A stretch of DNA of 64,000 bases from Antedon mediterranea (taxonomy: Eukaryota > Animalia > Echinodermata), in the NCBI RefSeq assembly GCF_964355755.1, contig NC_092673.1, positions 18,349,648 to 18,413,647 on the forward strand, read 5' to 3'. This document shows positions 50,501 to 63,130 of the stretch, in pieces. The translations under genes and the position numbers were made by a program. Each line of letters opens with the position of its first letter. Position 1 is the first letter of the stretch. Below the pieces are notes generated by a model. That model was not told where the DNA came from. It saw nothing but the letters and a program-made list of their open reading frames with translations, and did not search any database.

Positions 50501-52278
50501 ATCGGCCCGGGAAGACAAACAAATGTGCAGATGCACTGAGTCGTTGTCCAAGTAATACCTGTGTTAATTCCTCGGAGTTAAAAAGTGACCTGAACGTGAT
50601 CGCATCCTGTTTGATGACAAAAGTTCAAGGTGGTTCCATAGAAGTAAATTCCGTTGTACCAACAGTGTTGCCGTCATTTTCACATGAAGAATTGTCAGTT
50701 ATGCAAAAGAATGATGAAGTACTACAAGAGGTGTGGAAAATGTGGAATGCAAATTGGAAAACGGGGCAAGACTATGATCGAGCTGTACCTGGTCTTAAGG
50801 GATGGATAAGAGAATGGTCAAAGTTTCGTCCAAGTAATGGTGTGCTGTATCGCATTATTCCTGATTCAATTTTTGGGGAGTTCCAACAATTATTAGTGCC
50901 TTTGAAGTTGCAATCAACCTTGCTAGGAATAGTACATGACAAATGGGCTCACCAAGGAGTTAATAGGACCTATGAATTGCTAAGGAGACGATGTTTTTGG
51001 CCTGGTATGCATCATGATGTGAAGAGATATATTAAACGTTGCCTGAGATGTGTTACAACAAAGACGCCTACACCCACTGTGCGTCCTCCTATGCGGCATT
51101 TGTTGGCATTTCGTCCGCAGGAGATAGTTGCGGTTGATTTTATGAAATTAGACAAAGGAAAAATGGGATTTGAGGACGTGCTAACCTTGACAGACGCATT
51201 TAGTAAATTTTCACAGGCTATTCCATGTCGGGATCAGACAGCGTTAACAGTGGCGAAAGCACTTCGGGATAATTGGTTTGTACACTACGGTGTTCCATCA
51301 AGAATACATTCCGATCAGGGTGGTTCGTTTGAAAATGCTGTGATTAAGGAACTTTGTCAGATGTACGGGATAAGTAAATCACGCACTACTGCATATCATC
51401 CGTCTGGCAATGGACAATGTGAGAGATTCAATAAAACATTGTGTGGTCTGATAAGATCCTTAGATGTACAGGAGCGACGAAAATGGCCAGAATTATTAAA
51501 GCATCTGTTGTATATGTATAACACAACTCCACATAAGGTAACGGGAGTCAGTCCTTATTTTTTGATGTTTGGTAGACCGCCATCATTACCTATTGATCAC
51601 CTACTTGATCGACTAGATGACAGTTGGAATGAGGACCATATCAAAACCCAACAGAAGTTGATAAAGAGAGCTCATGAGATAGTGGCGAGCAGGCTTAAAG
51701 AGGCAGCAAACCGAGAAGCCGCACGACATGATGGTCGCACTACAGACTTTAAATTGGAGGTTGGGAATAGAGTGTTGTTGAAACGAAATGCGTTTACTGG
51801 ACGTCATAAGTTATCAGATAAATTTCAAGAAGTAACTCATGTGATTATAGACATGAATGAAGAACAGGATATTTATGAAGTTAGACCAGCAATGGGTGGA
51901 ATTTCCAAATGGGTAAATCGACGTCAATTGCACCTTGATCCACGTGGCCAGGAATCAGATGTCTTGGAAGATCATCTTCCTATATTTGTATCAGATGAGA
52001 ATAGTGAGGGTAGTGAAGAAGAAGATGACGAGGGTGATGCTTTGTTACAATTAGTGTTTACTCCTTCTGTAGAAAACAAAGAAATAGACAATATGATTAT
52101 TTCTGTAGAAAACGAAGAGATAGACAATATTACTTCTGTAGAGAACAAGGAGGTAGAAAATCAAGTTAAGAATATTGAAGATAGGGATAAAGGGTTGAGA
52201 CGATCAAGTAGATTGAATAAAGGGAAACATGGAAATCCATGTCATTTGCCGACATCGGCAGTAGGGGTTCATGATTAA
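47572..52278 (+). CDS. Gag-Pol polyprotein (capsid, 2 CCHC knuckles, protease, RT, RNase H, integrase)
   Basis: CYNCGKKGHAKTDC, CFNCKGRGHYSRNC; FDTGAE; YLDD; EVDAS...TDNNPL; H-H-C-C and D..D(35)E (SDQG...CERFNKT). Gypsy order RT-RH-IN. Confidence 0.97.
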   Translation: MAEEPAEDQASMQGMMQALTDVLQGLRVQQAPPPVKIAKYRGSTKADGDLSLKEWLDDFQSYANHYNLTGKAKAQSLLDHLAGSAKEEILCREGNVREDYDQIVTVLKSLFGPIETVPSLTREFHNRNQKDVESLADFSRVLMRLYTKMVKAAAVEEDKDALKRLRDYTLKERFVHGAKEGWVRRELRRIEMQCKDKTFLEMREEVLEFFKDEEPRHQARVCEVSMEHSVEARKVEEPALKEEIAALKNDVAMLTKSVQSLINIQSADMERAKELKCYNCGKKGHAKTDCTEETLCFNCKGRGHYSRNCPEKPKEKEAKGPGTKRMSTTPMENTELVDRLVAKSPCGDVEIGGIMLGCIFDTGAEASIIPSSLYHDKLKKNLGELQPASGIFLNVIGVGGIEIPIEGYIEVPIEVNGENLMGSFLVVSDQSCTQKNTRYPLLIGCNILRHLVNSPIQSSKDTVPATRKHEVMLDVEENNLLVALCEVMEEQESSNVNNECVTPTLSTDSDKLLATGVKLNGLSQQEEAGLRKLLQKHEDVFSKGIFDVGRCTVIPHQIKVTEGPPIRLPYRRINPSVIPEVKRMLQEMLDAKIIQPSKSSFASPIVLVRKKDGSLRLCIDYRRLNDRVIKDSFPLPRIEETLEAFSGSKYFSTIDLAHGYFQVILEEGSIDKTAFRVPWGLYEFVRMPQGLSNSPSTFQRIMEYILGDMNLSELVLYLDDILIFSSTYEEHLVRLDKVLTRLQQYGLKVKGKKCDLLRREVSYLGHVISDQGISVNQDKIERVMLWPTPKTCSEVRSFLGLASYYRRFISNFATMAAPLHAVTAGMANKQTGKATSFKWSDEQEEAFSKLKNALTTAPVLKYPQFDKDFIIEVDASLLGLGACLLQEDERGKIHPVAYASRGLRGSERNYPDLSSFKLELLGLKWAVADKFGPYIQGKHTIVWTDNNPLAHLKNANLGATEMRWIAQLALYDLEVKYRPGKTNKCADALSRCPSNTCVNSSELKSDLNVIASCLMTKVQGGSIEVNSVVPTVLPSFSHEELSVMQKNDEVLQEVWKMWNANWKTGQDYDRAVPGLKGWIREWSKFRPSNGVLYRIIPDSIFGEFQQLLVPLKLQSTLLGIVHDKWAHQGVNRTYELLRRRCFWPGMHHDVKRYIKRCLRCVTTKTPTPTVRPPMRHLLAFRPQEIVAVDFMKLDKGKMGFEDVLTLTDAFSKFSQAIPCRDQTALTVAKALRDNWFVHYGVPSRIHSDQGGSFENAVIKELCQMYGISKSRTTAYHPSGNGQCERFNKTLCGLIRSLDVQERRKWPELLKHLLYMYNTTPHKVTGVSPYFLMFGRPPSLPIDHLLDRLDDSWNEDHIKTQQKLIKRAHEIVASRLKEAANREAARHDGRTTDFKLEVGNRVLLKRNAFTGRHKLSDKFQEVTHVIIDMNEEQDIYEVRPAMGGISKWVNRRQLHLDPRGQESDVLEDHLPIFVSDENSEGSEEEDDEGDALLQLVFTPSVENKEIDNMIISVENEEIDNITSVENKEVENQVKNIEDRDKGLRRSSRLNKGKHGNPCHLPTSAVGVHD

Positions 52279-52508
52279 AATTGTATGCTACTCTGTTAAT
52301 AGAAGATTACTTGAGTATTAGGGATTAGCTTGAATTATCTTTAATAGTTGTATAATGTTGATATTGCAGATAATTTATGAGGTTTACGTTACATAGATGA
52401 TAAGTAATTTGAAATTTTTTTAAATTTGTTTTTTGTTAAGTTTTCAGAGAAACATTTTTTTTATTTGTATTGTACATTCGGGGACGAATGTTTTTCAAAC
52501 AGGGAAAT

Positions 52509-53016
52509 TGACGGGAGGTGAAGGGCGCCCCCCGTGGATTTGAGATATTTTGTGCGGATGAGGAGAACGCACGAGAGGAGAGATGAATACGACGAATAGA
52601 GTTGAATGGACATTTCCGAGTAATGATGTTTATATTACTTGTTAGTTAATAATTTGATGTTTAAGAGGTATAATACGACGTTGGAAATAGAATTCGAGTG
52701 TGAAGATGTTTACTGTAGTTTGAACTTACATGGATTGTAAAGGATTTCATAGATTTAGAGTAGATTACTATACGAAAAGTTTGTTAATTTGTATTCAATG
52801 TTATCAACGGATCAAGATCGTTGAAGCTTGCCATGGTTGAAGTGTTACTGATATTGGAATTGTTTTAGTTCAAGACAAAGAATTGTTGATACTGTTTTGT
52901 ACTACTTATTAAACTGTTGCAAAATTTTATACTTAATCGTATTCACTTTATTCGGATTCTTTACGATCTGAGGGGCTATACATATTGATAACTCCCACAC
53001 CCCCCACATTACGACA
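52509..53016 (+). repeat. 3' LTR
   Basis: Copy of 46427-46934, followed by TTAC. Confidence 0.97.
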
Positions 53017-55439
53017 TTACTTCCGAAGGAGAAACTTATCACAAAATTGATTTGGACTCATTTAAAGAAACCCAATTTGTGTTTTGTATGTAACATTAGG
53101 GTTGAGGGATGGGAAAGCGGATAGGTACAAAGAGGAACAATTTTTAAATATATTCTTTATCCACTCAGTAACAAAATATTTTTTTCATGTTTTATAGGCC
53201 TATAAATAATATACCTCTAAATACAGTAAAACATTTGCGATGTAATACTTTTTTTATTTTATTTATTTATTTATTTCTTTTAAATATTCATTGTACACTA
53301 ATTTTCCCCGTGTATGGCAAGAGATTCCTAATTATATTAGAGAACATTCTTTATTTAGTTTAGTTAAAACTGTCACTGTCATAATCGATTGAAATATTAA
53401 AGTACCATGTCACAATACACAACTACGACGTTTATATTTGGTAATTATTAATTAATACAAACGTTGAGAAAGAACTGTCAGTATAAAGTTTATTTGTATA
53501 TAATAATGTGTTTATATATCTAACAGTAGAGCCTATCCACAATCTCGCAAGTTTATTCTCAAAGGGCCCATATATTTACCTACCGTATGTGTTAAACCAA
53601 GGGCTCATAAATTTACCTACAGTACTTGTGTTAAACCAAACTCTGGCAGACTGAGAGATTGGGATGTTCCATTCATCGCAAATCAATAGATTTGTATAAT
53701 TGTATATTAAATCTATCAAAATAGTATTTTTTAAAGAAAATCGGCCTGTCTTCAACATTATGATGGTGTACTCTAGCTGTTCAACCGGTTTTCAGCTATT
53801 AAAAACAATTATCGTAGGAGGAGATAGGAAAATGCGAAGCCTCCTCGCATTTTTGTGGCGGGTATTTTTCAAGACGGACATCCATTAGACAGTGTATACC
53901 ACGATCGGAAAACACCCCTATTTGGGGCAAATCGTTGAACCTAAATTCGTTTTAATCGTCAATAACTAATTATCTAACTTAATTTAATTAGTAAACAGGG
54001 TTACATCAGGTGGTTAAAATCAGTACCGAAGTACGAACCAACTTTATATACCATCGAGTACAAATTCAAAAAGTAAGGCGCGATTTACCGAATTTTGCCC
54101 TTACGTAAATTTATATATAGATACATAGTTATGTGATGTTTTGTTCCAAAATAAATAAATCTTATAGTGTACAGTACAAGCGCAAGCAAGTACTTCTGTA
54201 CACTTTGCACATCAATAATTCACCATCAATGCAATTACATTTTTTAAAATATAAGAAAACGTATTTTGTTGCTCCTCTATACTTTACATGGATTAATGGA
54301 GATAATTTTGACACAATTTGATTTGTATATCACATGACTTTTAAGTTTAACCCAATGTTGTTACTCTTTATATATGGCTCTGGCTCCGCTCATAATTCAT
54401 TGGTCGAATAGGAATTATGATATCTTCCTAACACTATCTTGTTTATATTAAGTTTGCAAACGATAGATAGGTAAACAAGACTTATATTTTCTATTATAGG
54501 CTAGCATGCAAGACTGATTAGGAAGTCATGTGACGCACAGAAGCAGTGACAATTATAAACACCCTATAGTCAAGTAGCGTCTGTTGATGTAGAGCTGTTC
54601 AGTCGGACTGATTTACCAGTGGATGGAGGATTGTTTCCAGGGTAGGGTACCAACAATTCTGTTGTTCAGATTCAGTTGTAGTGTGAGTTTTTATATTATT
54701 TATTTAATATTTCATTTGACTTACAGAATTGTGCTTTGTTTTATGACAATTACAGGAATAGCAATACTTTGTTTGGAAATGTTGGTTTATGGCAACCCAG
54801 TTGCATCCATTGAAGTGTTTCTCCACTATTTTATTTTTACAGCAAAAATTGCAATACAATAAAATTACAGATTTAATTCGAAATTCAGAGGCTTAAAAGG
54901 TAATCTTGGTGAACACTACAAGGGTGATCACTATCTTTTGCTCAAATTCTGCCTATGTTATCACTTACCTTTCAGGCCTTTCGGTTAATAAATAGCACAT
55001 GAATTGTTCAATAAAATTGTGTTAAAATGTTAATATCAAACCTACTAATGTCTGTTGTTGGACAGTACAAAGGTCACAGAAGTTGCTGCTGAATATCTTG
55101 TAGTACTAAGTATATTTTGAACGAAACATGTCTGACGTGAAAATAAAAAAGGTGTATTAGCCTGATAGTACAGTGATACGCCTGTATTCTTAAACCAGAC
55201 TTTAGTTGTAGTTCGAACTTCGACTTCAAAAAATGCTAATTCAAGCTACGGGGCTCTAGCCCCCTTGTCGGGGAGGCTAGCCCTCCCTCCCCGGTCGGGA
55301 ACACGGGTAATTTTTGTTGGGGAATATAATATACAGTACAAATCGTTCACGTTCACTTCGTAGCTTCAGCACCTAGAAAACCGCGACATTCTATTAAGTG
55401 AGTATGTCAGAGGGTTATTATGCACTTTATATGCATTCA

Positions 55440-55710
55440 TTATTGCCAGCGATCTAACTACTACAATAGGTACGCTCTGCCGGTGTCCCTTTGTACGAAT
55501 CGTTCAACATTGGGCCCATTGTGGTTTTCACGTGATATCATGTTCCATCCAGGGACCAAAATGTGTAGTGTCGTTACTTTCCAGGTGAAGTTTACCGACG
55601 CGTTACTTCGTGTACTGTGTATCGACGTACACTACAGCAAAAACAAATTATGTTAATTGTTCGTATGTTCACCAATTTTTAATTTACGATTAACCTCTGG
55701 GACCGTGGGG
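55440..55710 (-). mobile_element. Diverged relative of the hAT-like element at 3673-5035, opposite orientation
   Basis: ccggtgtccctttgtacgaatcgttc and atcatgttccatccagggaccaaa are reverse-complement homologs of 3975-4055. Confidence 0.55.
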
Positions 55711-56835
55711 CACCTAAAATAAATATTTCAAACATTACTAAACAAAAAACATGCCATTTTCGCTTAGCCAACAACATCTTATTATAGCTAATGTCCTGTA
55801 TGTCATGAACTTCTCACCGTACTCGGAAGTCCAGATGTTATGCATGCATACACTTGCAAGGTTCACTGATTTTCCCGACTAAAAATGGTCTGTGGACGCA
55901 CCCCCCCCCCCTTCCATATTAAGCCAAAACGGACTACTTTTTTAAGCCTCTAGGCCTGATGTTATCAAATTATAAGATGCAATTGTTGAAGACTTGCATC
56001 TCTAGTTTTCAAAATTTTCTTAGCTAAACCCAAACCATAAAGCTGGTCATAGGTAATTTCATTTCATATTTCGAAGTACAATAAGTGCATTTTCCGGGAC
56101 CTACTAACAGCTCTATTTTTTCAGTTTGCTGCAATATTAGGATAGATATTTTGTGCAGTAAGGTTAAGTGCAAATAATTGAACACCAGATTCCTTCCCAC
56201 CATGCATTGTGCAATGCCGTGATATCAAGCTATTTGTGATAAACCTTATTTAAGTTGAACGGTTTATTATAGCCATTGTACTTATAATTATAAGACAGAT
56301 GATTGGTAAACCTACAGTAAATTTGTAATTTGAAAAATCCAGGGTATTGATTAATAATAATGATTTGCTGTGTTTATGTGGGTCTGTTACCCCTAGCAAC
56401 AAGATATTCAGGTAAAGCTCATTTCAAAATGTGTTATCAATAGGTGGTTCATAGATTATATAGTAGAATATTAACAAAATTGTTGACCAAATAACTGATA
56501 AGTTTTTCTGATAGTGATACTCACAATTGCCTAGAGGGATGTTTTTGCTGGTTTTTTGGGGTGTAAAGTATAGCGGCCAAACTGAATGGCAGCCATTTGT
56601 TGTGTATTAATTAAAGAAAAGTCATAATTGCCATTTGGGAAAATGAATCCACAAAACAAGATATGTCAATCAATTATTATGAACAAAATAATTTTTTTCA
56701 TATTTAAAGATGAGACCATGGCCAGTTTAATATTAACTTGGTGATAAACTTAGATTTTACAATCGCACAATGTACACAATAGGCTTTATTTGTTTAAAAA
56801 TCTAAAGTACAATATGTTGTAATGCTAGCACAGGA

Positions 56836-57985
56836 GTCATCTTCATTCAGTAACACCAGCATACAGTCATCTTCATTCAGTAACACCAGCATACAGGTCA
56901 TCTTCATTCACTAACACCAGCATACAGGTCATCTTCATTCAGTAACACCAGCATACAGGTCATCTTCATGCAGTATAACACCAGCATACAGGTCATCTTC
57001 ATGCAGTAACACCATCATACAGGTCATCTTCATTCCGTAACACAAGCTTACAGGTCATCTTCATTCAATAACACCAGCATACAGGTCATCTTCATTCAGT
57101 AACACCGGCATACAGGTCATCTTCATTCAGTAACACCAGCATACAGGTCATCTTCATTCATGAACACCAGCATACAGGTTATCTTCATTCAGTAATACCA
57201 GCATACAGGTCATCTTCGTTCAGTAATGCCATCATACAGATCATCTTCATTCAGTAATGCCAGCATACAGATCATCTTCATTCAGTAACACCAGCATACA
57301 GGTCATCTTCATTCAGTAATGCCAGCATACAGATCATCTTCATTCAGTAATGCCAGCATACAGGTCATCTTCATTCAGTAACACCAGCATACAGATCATC
57401 TTCATTCAGTAATGCCAGCATACAGGTCATCTTCATTCAGTAACACCAGCATACAGGTCATCCTCATTCATGAACACCAACATACAGGTTATCTTCATTC
57501 AGTAATACCAGCACACAGGTCATCTTCATTCAGTAATGCCAGCATACAGATCATCTTTATTCAGTAACACCAGCATACAGGTCATCTTCATTCAGTAATG
57601 CCAGCATACAGATCATCTTCATTCAGTAACACCAGCATACAGGTCATCTTCATTCAGTAATGCCAGCATACAGATCATCTTCATGCAGTAACACCAGCAT
57701 ACAGATCATCTTCATTCAGTAACACCATCATACAGGTCATCTTCATGCAGTAACACCAGCATACAGGTTATCGTCATTCAGTAACACCAGCATACAGATC
57801 ATCTTCATTCAGTAACACCAGCATACAGATCATCTTCATTCAGTAACACCAGCATACATGTCATCTTCATGCAGTAACACCAGCATACAGGTCATCTTCA
57901 TTCAGTAACACCATCATACAGATCATCTTCATTCAGTAACACCGGCATACAGGTCATCTTCATTCAGTAACACCAGCATACAGGT
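56836..57985. repeat. 31-bp minisatellite, about 37 copies
   Basis: Unit gtcatcttcattcagtaacaccagcatacag. Confidence 0.96.
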
Positions 57986-58139
57986 GCAATTGAATTGTCG
58001 TAGCCTTTAATGCAAAGGTTTCTGTCTGATGAAATTATGTTTTACCTTTCATATTTTCAGAACAGAATGTGTAGGCTTACTTTTACACTAGAAGCTATCA
58101 GTATTAATAATTGTTAAATGAACACGCTGTATTTTTGAA

Positions 58140-61100
58140 ATGGAAAGGTACGTTTGTTTTTTATTTCAAATCCAACAAAAATAACCAGCTCCAATATGTA
58201 AACTGTTAAAAACAAATTAAAATGTTTGAATAGTTAGCAATACTTTAAAACTTTCTTTAAAGATTATGAAATCATAAATATTACAATTAAAGGGCTCATT
58301 CTCATCAAATATAATGATATTGATTATTTCCATCAATCATCATTTTCATAAAATAGTGTAATAATTCATTATTTCTTACATTTTAACAGGAACAAATTAG
58401 AAGAAGCTTTGTGGTACGGGAGTAATTTGCAAAAAATTAAACAAATCTGTAAGACGCAACCAGATCTTGTGAAATCTATCAATAAGGTATTTAAAACAAG
58501 ATGTACATTATTTTTATAATATTATCAAAGAAGAAATTTAATTAAAGTTTAAAATTATAGAGATTGTAATTTTCTTTATTAGTTATTATAACATTTTTTT
58601 ATATAATGAATTACAATTATTTTGCAATATCACACTAATGATGTTGGTATAACCTGCATGCACTGATTAACAACATTAGGCTAAAAATAATAATATAAAT
58701 ACACACTGATGATGGAGGTATAACCTGCATGTACTGATTAACCACATTAGGCTAAAAATAATAATATAAATACACACTGATGATAGGGATAACCTGCATG
58801 TACTGATTAACAACATTAGGCTAAAAATAATAATATAAATACACACTGATGATGGAGGTATAACCTGCATGCACTGATTAACCACATTAGGCTAAAAATA
58901 ATAATATAAATACACACTGATGATGGAGGTATAACCTGCATGTACTGATTAACAACATTAGGCTAAAAATAATAATATAAATACACACTGATGATGGAGG
59001 TATAACCTGCATGCACTGATTAACCACATTAGGCTAAAAATAATAATATAAATACACACTGATGATGGGGGTATAACCTGCATGCACTGATTACCAACAT
59101 TAAGCTAAAAATAATAATATAAATACACACTGATGATGGAGGTATAACCTGCATGTACTGATTAACCACATAAGGCTAAAAATAATAATATAAATACACA
59201 CTGATGATGGAGGTATAACCTGCATGTACTGATTAACCACATTAGGCTAAAAATAATAATATAAATACACACTGATGATGGGGGTATAACCTGCATGCAC
59301 TGATTAACCACATTAGGCTAAAAATAATAATATAAATACACACTGATGATGGAGAGTATAACCTGCATGCACTGATTAACAACATTAGGCTAAAAATAAT
59401 AATATAAATACACACTGATGATGGAGGTATAACCTGCATGCACTGATTAACCACATTAGGCTATAAATAATAATATAAATACACACTGATGATGGGGGTA
59501 TAACCTGCATGCACTGATTAACCACATTAGGCTAAAAATAATAATATAAATACACACTGATGATGGAGGTATAACCTGCATGCACTGATTAAACACATTA
59601 GGCTAAAAATAATAATATAAATACACACTGATGATGGAGGTATAACCTGCATGCACTGATTAACCACATTAGGCTAAAAATAATATTATAAATACACACT
59701 GATGATGGGGATATCTGCATGCACTGATTAACCACATTAGGCTAAAAATAGTAATATAAATACACACTGATGATGGGGGAATAACCTGCATGTACTGATT
59801 AACCACATTAGGCTAAAAATAATATAAATACACACTGATGATGGAGGTATAACCTGCATGTACTGATTAACAACATTAGGCTAAAAATAATAATATAAAT
59901 ACACACTGATTATGGAGGTATAACCTGCATGCACTGATTAACCACATTAGGCTAAAAATAATAATATAAATACACACTGATGATAGGGGTATAACCTGCA
60001 TGTACTGATTAACCACATTAGGCTAAAAAATAATAATATAAATACACACTGATGATGGGGGTATAACCTGCATGCACTGATTAACAACATTAGGCTAAAA
60101 ATAATAATATAAATACACACTGATGATGGGGGTATAACCTGCATGTACTGATTAACCACATTAGGCTAAAAAATAATAATATAAATACACACTGATGATG
60201 GAGGTATAACCTGCATGTACTGATTAACAACATTAGGCTAAAAATAATAATATAAATACACACTGATGATGGAGGTATAACCTGCATGTACTGATTAACA
60301 ACATTAGGCAAAAAATAATAATATAAATACACACTGATGATGGGGGTATAACCTGCATGTACTGATTAACCACATTAGGCTAAAAAATAATAATATAAAT
60401 ACACACTGATGATGGGGGTATAACCTGCATGCACTGATTAACCACATTAGGCTAAAAATAATAATATAAATACACACTGATGATGGAGAGTATAACCTGC
60501 ATGCACTGATTAACAACATTAGGCTAAAAATAATAATATAAATACACACTGATGATGGAGGTATAACCTGCATGCACTGATTAACCACATTAGGCTATAA
60601 ATAATAATATAAATACACACTGATGATGGGGGTATAACCTGCATGCACTGATTAACAACATTAGGCTAAAAATAATAATATAAATACACACTGATGATGG
60701 GGGTATAACCTGCATGTACTGATTAACCACATTAGGCTAAAAAATAATAATATAAATACACACTGATGATGGAGGTATATCCTGCATGTACTGATTAACA
60801 ACATTAGGCTAAAAATAATAATATAAATACACACTGATGATGGAGGTATAACCTGCATGCACTGATTAACAACATTAGGCAAAAAATAATAATATAAATA
60901 CACACTGATGATGGAGGTATAACCTGCATGTACTGATTAACAACATTAGGCTAAAAATAATAATATAAATACACACTGATGATGGAGGTATAACCTGCAT
61001 GCACTGATTAACAACATTAGGCAAAAAATAATAATATAAATACACACCGATGATGGGGGTATAACCTGCATGCACTGATTAACAACATTAGGCTAAAAAT

Positions 61101-62920
61101 AATAATATAAATACACACTGATGATGGAGGTATAACCTGCATGCACTGATTAACCACATTAGGCTAAAAATAATAATATAAATACAAACTGATGATGGAG
61201 GTATAACCTGCATGCACTGATTAACCACATTAGGCTAAAAATAATAATATAAATACACACTGATGATGGGGGTATAACCTGCATGCACTGATTAACCACA
61301 TTAGGCTAAAAATAATAATATAAATAAATCAAAGCTTAGCAGAATCTAAATGAAGCATACAAAACATGATATTGTGAAAAATGTTACAATTAGAGAAAAA
61401 GTAAAGACTTACAATAAACCAAATAAAAAACTAAATAGTTAATATGATTTATGAACTGATTTAAAGTGTACAGTTACCTATCAAATAACATAAATCTTTA
61501 ATTTTCTCAATGAAAAATCTTCATAATAGTAACCTACAATAATAATAATATCCTGGATTTATATAGCGCCTAATGTTGTTAAACCTCTAAGCGCTGAACA
61601 TTTTCCTGATCAAACACCTATGGAAACATTCTCCCATAACGCAGCTAGTAATAAGCGCAAAGTTGTGTCTTGATCTAAGCGGGTTCCCAATTATACACCT
61701 GGATGGAGAGAGGCAAACGTAAGTAAAGTATCTTGCCTAAGGATACAAGCAATGCAGCGAGAGTTGGATTCGAAACTCGATCTCACGATCAGCAGTCCAA
61801 CGTCCTTACAATGTTGTTAACATTTTTATGACCTTAAAACAAATATAAATTGCTCATTATTACTGTATGTACTTTAACTAGATAACGATTGACAATAGTC
61901 TAATTAATTGTAAATACGAAATAAAATGGGACATGCTACATTGACTATTAATAAAATAACAAATTAAAAAAGGTTTATGTTAAAAATAGAATCTGATTTC
62001 AATAAAAAAGGATTATTAATTGTTAATAACCTGCTCCCGGCCTTTACTTACAGTACTTTACAACAAAATACTTCTGTCAGTCTTATCACATACAGTATGA
62101 ATATGGGCTTAAAAGAGATCCTTTTCCAAACAAACATTTTGCACAAAAGGAAGAAAAATGTTTAGTTTAGTAAAAATGTTTGAGCAATGCAATTTCAAAA
62201 AGAAATTTAATATGAAATTATTCTTTTCAAACAGTGCCGTATCTTATCTTATGACTTTTTGGAAAAAATGATTCTATTAAAGTTGCCAGTTAAAATTTGA
62301 TATACTGGTAATTAAGTGCCCACAGATGGTTCTCGAATAAATAAACTTCAGTAAATAACTGAAAATTGTCTAAGTCGCACTGTACACAAAGCAAATAAAT
62401 ACAGATATGTTGGAATTTATGTAGTCAAATATAATTGTCATCCTGAGAATTACCTTAATTTTGTTTATTGCATGGTATTGTTCACCAAATTCCTGTCTTG
62501 GTACATTTGATGATGGGATGGTATCGGGCTTCATGATATGATATGATTTTCATCAAGGCAAATGGTTTAAATTAAATTTGTTATCGTTAATATCTAACTT
62601 AACTTAATTATGATATTGGTTTCATTGGGTGTTAAAAATCAGTACTGAAAGGATGTACCAACTTTCTCTACCATATTCTATTTTGTTCTCATTATTATTA
62701 TTATTGACCACATTATTTAGCAGTAATTCTTGCTATGGTTTGGGTTGACAAAAAAACCCCATTTTCACATAATGTCTGTTGTCAATATTATACACCAGCA
62801 ACATTGCGAAAGAAAGATGGTGACACTCCATTACATGCATATTTGTATATGTATTCAGTACCTACCTTAGAAATAGTAACATGTCTCACACAGCGTGGTT
62901 CAGTAACATGGAAAAATAAG
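58140..62920 (+). CDS. 5' coding exons of an ankyrin-repeat protein (partial)
   Basis: ATG GAA AG|gtacgt (58140-58147) splices in phase to 58390-58486, giving MERNKLEEALWYGSNLQKIKQICKTQPDLVKSINK. About 62800-62920 encodes KDGDTPLHAYLYMYSVPTLEIVTCLTQRGSVTWKNK (ankyrin GxTPLH). Splice sites of this last exon are unclear. Confidence 0.6.
58630..61325. repeat. 71-bp minisatellite, about 38 copies
   Basis: Unit aaatacacactgatgatggaggtataacctgcatgcactgattaaccacattaggctaaaaataataatat. Confidence 0.96.
61538..61812 (-). mobile_element. tRNA-derived SINE with L2-like tail
   Basis: Minus strand has a B-box-like tttcgaatcc, a core (plus strand tacacctggatggagagaggca...tcttgcctaagga) and a tail gcgctatataaatcc...(att)n. 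Confidence 0.7.
62315..62672 (-). mobile_element. Older, internally deleted copy of the same Helitron
   Basis: gcccacagatggttctcgaata...atttatgtagtcaa...cctgagaattac and aaaatcagtac...ccaacttt match 46267-46426 and 53955-54055. Confidence 0.6.
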
Positions 62921-63130
62921 GCAGTGTACATGAATAATAACTTACATTAAGTAATAGGCTAAAGTAAGCCCATTAACAAAAATCAAATTTTATTAAAAGA
63001 AACCAAATTAAAATAATAACTAAACAGTTATATGATTTATGATAACTGATTTAAAGTATACAGTTATCCATCATATAACATTTATCTTTTTTCTTAATGA
63101 ACAAAAACAATCTACTTGTAATTTTTTATA

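Larger units (their letters stand above)
46427..53016 (+). mobile_element. Intact Ty3/Gypsy LTR retrotransposon
   Basis: 508-bp TG...CA LTRs (46427-46934, 52509-53016) with no differences seen, TTAC TSD, PBS, purine tract at 52497-52507, single gag-pol ORF. Confidence 0.97.
46242..54121 (-). mobile_element. Non-autonomous Helitron (~1.3 kb) split by the Gypsy insertion
   Basis: Minus strand begins A|TCTATATATAAAT (54121) and ends cgagcgaagcgagcgtaccatCTAG|T (46242). The halves 46242-46426 and 53021-54121 are colinear with the copy at 63131. Confidence 0.75.

Noticed and set aside
58676-61075. Hydrophobic minus-strand ORFs and a possible hammerhead array (CTGATGA) in the 71-bp satellite
   Set aside because: The ORFs are repeat translations, and the GAAA box required for a hammerhead is absent.
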